A DNA stretch of 64,000 nt from a virus (Duplodnaviria > Caudoviricetes): the IMG/VR virus record IMGVR_UViG_3300049136_000131, positions 5,323 through 69,322 of that record. The stretch is one strand, 5' to 3'. Shown here in pieces: positions 62,549 through 64,000 of this stretch; positions within the stretch are counted from its first letter, which is position 1, and each line of letters begins with the position of its first letter. The notes beneath the pieces are model-generated. The model had not been told where the DNA came from and did no database searches. It was given only the letters and a program-made list of their open reading frames with translations. The translations under genes were made by a program, and so were the position numbers.

Positions 62549-62752
62549 TCAACCCGTCTCTACCGGGTGCCTGACGGCCTTCTTGAGTGCCATCTCCATC
62601 GTGTACCGGTCGAGCCCGGCCTGCTCGGCGTGCGCGGTGATGGCGGCCTGTACGGCGCTCGCGGTGGCGACGGTGAGCCGCCCGGCCTGGATCTCCTCCC
62701 AGGCGCGGCGCTCCAAGTCCAGCAGGGTGTCGGGGAACTCGATGTCGCTCAC
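62549..62752 (-). CDS. small hypothetical protein
   Basis: IEFPDTLLDLERRAW..LDRYTMEMALKKAVRH. Confidence 0.55.
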   Translation of the reverse strand: MSDIEFPDTLLDLERRAWEEIQAGRLTVATASAVQAAITAHAEQAGLDRYTMEMALKKAVRHPVETG

Positions 62753-62835
62753 GAGCCAGGATCTTAAGCAGCGGTCGTCACGCCCCCGCGCTCGACCTGC
62801 CGGAGGCTGACCGTTAGGCGTATGCAGCCCCCGCA

Positions 62836-62864
62836 TTGACAGTTCGATGCAGGGGATGCATCAT
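62836..62864 (+). promoter_or_regulatory. promoter TTGACA-N17-CATCAT with overlapping ATGCA repeats
   Basis: Consensus -35, 17-nt spacer, ATGCA motifs around it. Confidence 0.55.
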
Positions 62865-62906
62865 TGGGTGCCGGAAGCAGATCACCGAACGGCCGAGGAG
62901 TCCACT

Positions 62907-63518
62907 GTGTCCAGCGTCGCCGCCCGCGCTATCACCGAGAACGACCGCTTCTCCATCGCCGACCGCGCACCCATCGGCAGCCGCTACACCGACGGCGAGG
63001 AGGAGTTCACGCTCGTCGCATACTCGGTGGACCCTCACGGCCGGACCGCCCACCCTCTGTTCATCGCCGACGAGGACGTCGCCGCTGGCCCCAACGGCCA
63101 CTGGTACGACCGCGCCACCAAGGGGAGTATCGCGTTGCTGGAGGTCTCCGACCTCGTGGGGATCGACGACGAGGCGATCCAGCCCGCCGCTCCGAATCAG
63201 GAACGAACCGACGCCGCCCTCGCTGCCCTGGCCAACCGTGAGGAGCACACCTTCCGCGACACCAGCGACTTTTCCCGCGTCATGCTGCACGGCGACCTCA
63301 ACTCTGACGAGGAGGTCACCGCATTCCTGGGCTACGCCAAGGCCGAACTCGAACTGCGTGTGGCGCAGCGGCAGCTTGAGAGGGCGTCGCGGGAACGGTC
63401 CGAGTGGATCGCGCTGGTCGCCGATCTGGCAGGGTCGCAGCGGCGGGGCGCCCAGGTGCTGGGGCTGAACCAGTCGACCATCAGCCGCGCCCTCCGTGAG
63501 CGTCCGGAGCGGCCGTAG
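62907..63518 (+). CDS. protein with C-terminal HTH (moron)
   Basis: GAGGAG RBS; SQRRGAQVLGLNQSTISRAL. Confidence 0.7.
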   Translation: MSSVAARAITENDRFSIADRAPIGSRYTDGEEEFTLVAYSVDPHGRTAHPLFIADEDVAAGPNGHWYDRATKGSIALLEVSDLVGIDDEAIQPAAPNQERTDAALAALANREEHTFRDTSDFSRVMLHGDLNSDEEVTAFLGYAKAELELRVAQRQLERASRERSEWIALVADLAGSQRRGAQVLGLNQSTISRALRERPERP

Positions 63519-63520
63519 GC

Positions 63521-63700
63521 CTAAGCCGCCGTGGTGATGTCCCCGCGCTCGACCTGCCGCAGCTCGGCCAGCAGCAGCCGATACTGCTCCCGCTGCTCAT
63601 CCGACAGACGCGCATCCCGATGCGGAAACAGCGCGCGAATCGCCGCGTTCAGCTCCTCGGCAGACCGTGGAGCACGCTGCGGAGCGACATCGGGGGACAT
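63521..63700 (-). CDS. small hypothetical protein downstream of GntR
   Basis: MSPDVAPQRAPRSAEELNAAIRAL..YRLLLAELRQVERGDITTAA, 59 aa. Confidence 0.55.
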   Translation of the reverse strand: MSPDVAPQRAPRSAEELNAAIRALFPHRDARLSDEQREQYRLLLAELRQVERGDITTAA

Positions 63701-63733
63701 GCGGTGATTCTAGGGCGCGGGTCTGACAGTGGG

Positions 63734-64000
63734 CTATGCGTTCTCGGCGGGTGGCTGACCGACATACGTGCCGCGGCCCTGCACCGTCCACACGACTTGC
63801 TCCTCGGCGAGAACGGCGATCGCGCGCCGCACTGTGGTCCGCGCCAGCCCGTACTCCTGCACCAGCCGCGTCTCGCTGGCGATCGGCCGACCGTCCGCCC
63901 AGTCACCGCGTGCGATACGCGCCTTCAGGATCTCGGCGAGCTGCCGGTACGGGGTCACCGGCCCCTCGTGATCGATCTCCGCATCAGGATCAGTCGCCAT
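63734..64000 (-). CDS. GntR-family wHTH regulator (KorSA-like, DNA-binding domain only)
   Basis: PYRQLAEILKARI..SETRLVQEYGLARTTVRRAI..QGRGTYV. Confidence 0.9.
   Translation of the reverse strand: MATDPDAEIDHEGPVTPYRQLAEILKARIARGDWADGRPIASETRLVQEYGLARTTVRRAIAVLAEEQVVWTVQGRGTYVGQPPAENA

Larger units (their letters stand above)
1..64000. mobile_element. Streptomyces-type siphovirus prophage / plasmid-phage hybrid (partial, ends not seen)
   Basis: Complete terminase-portal-capsid-tail-lysis operon, phage-style overlapping small ORFs, AICE-like transfer block; no host housekeeping genes recognised. Confidence 0.9.

Noticed and set aside
1-64000. CRISPR array, diversity-generating retroelement, retron, IS transposase
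   Set aside because: No regularly spaced repeat-spacer array, reverse transcriptase or DDE transposase motifs were found by eye

Overview
High-GC actinobacterial DNA, Streptomyces-like in gene content. The whole window appears to lie inside one temperate siphophage/mobile-element hybrid; its left part (replication, integrase, repressor) is probably outside the window. Layout, left to right: (1) small overlapping early/accessory genes with a HIT hydrolase and a possible toxin-antitoxin pair (1-7.3 kb); (2) an AICE/plasmid-type block with tandem Nudix genes, a divergent promoter switch, Spd-like membrane proteins, an FtsK/TraB-like translocase and a clt-like repeat locus (7.5-17 kb); (3) a putative late regulator and a tail-fibre/NlpC-P60/methyltransferase block placed before the packaging genes (19-25 kb); (4) two HNH genes, a perfect 42-bp palindrome, a cos-like region and a stand-alone primase-polymerase-like gene (28-30 kb); (5) a complete head-tail-lysis operon with a glycosyltransferase right after the capsid gene (30-53 kb); (6) a moron region with two tandem Y-RNA-like ncRNAs (one a circularly permuted tRNA-Asn mimic) plus Ro60/TROVE, a lipoprotein, a TIGR02391-like gene, a Xer-like recombinase with a candidate site, Ku, a LexA DNA-binding-domain-only gene and GntR (53-64 kb). 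The two strongest leads are the phage-borne Ro60/double Y-RNA module and the TraB-type mycelial conjugation module inside an apparently intact phage. All family assignments come from motif recognition and memory; no database search was run.
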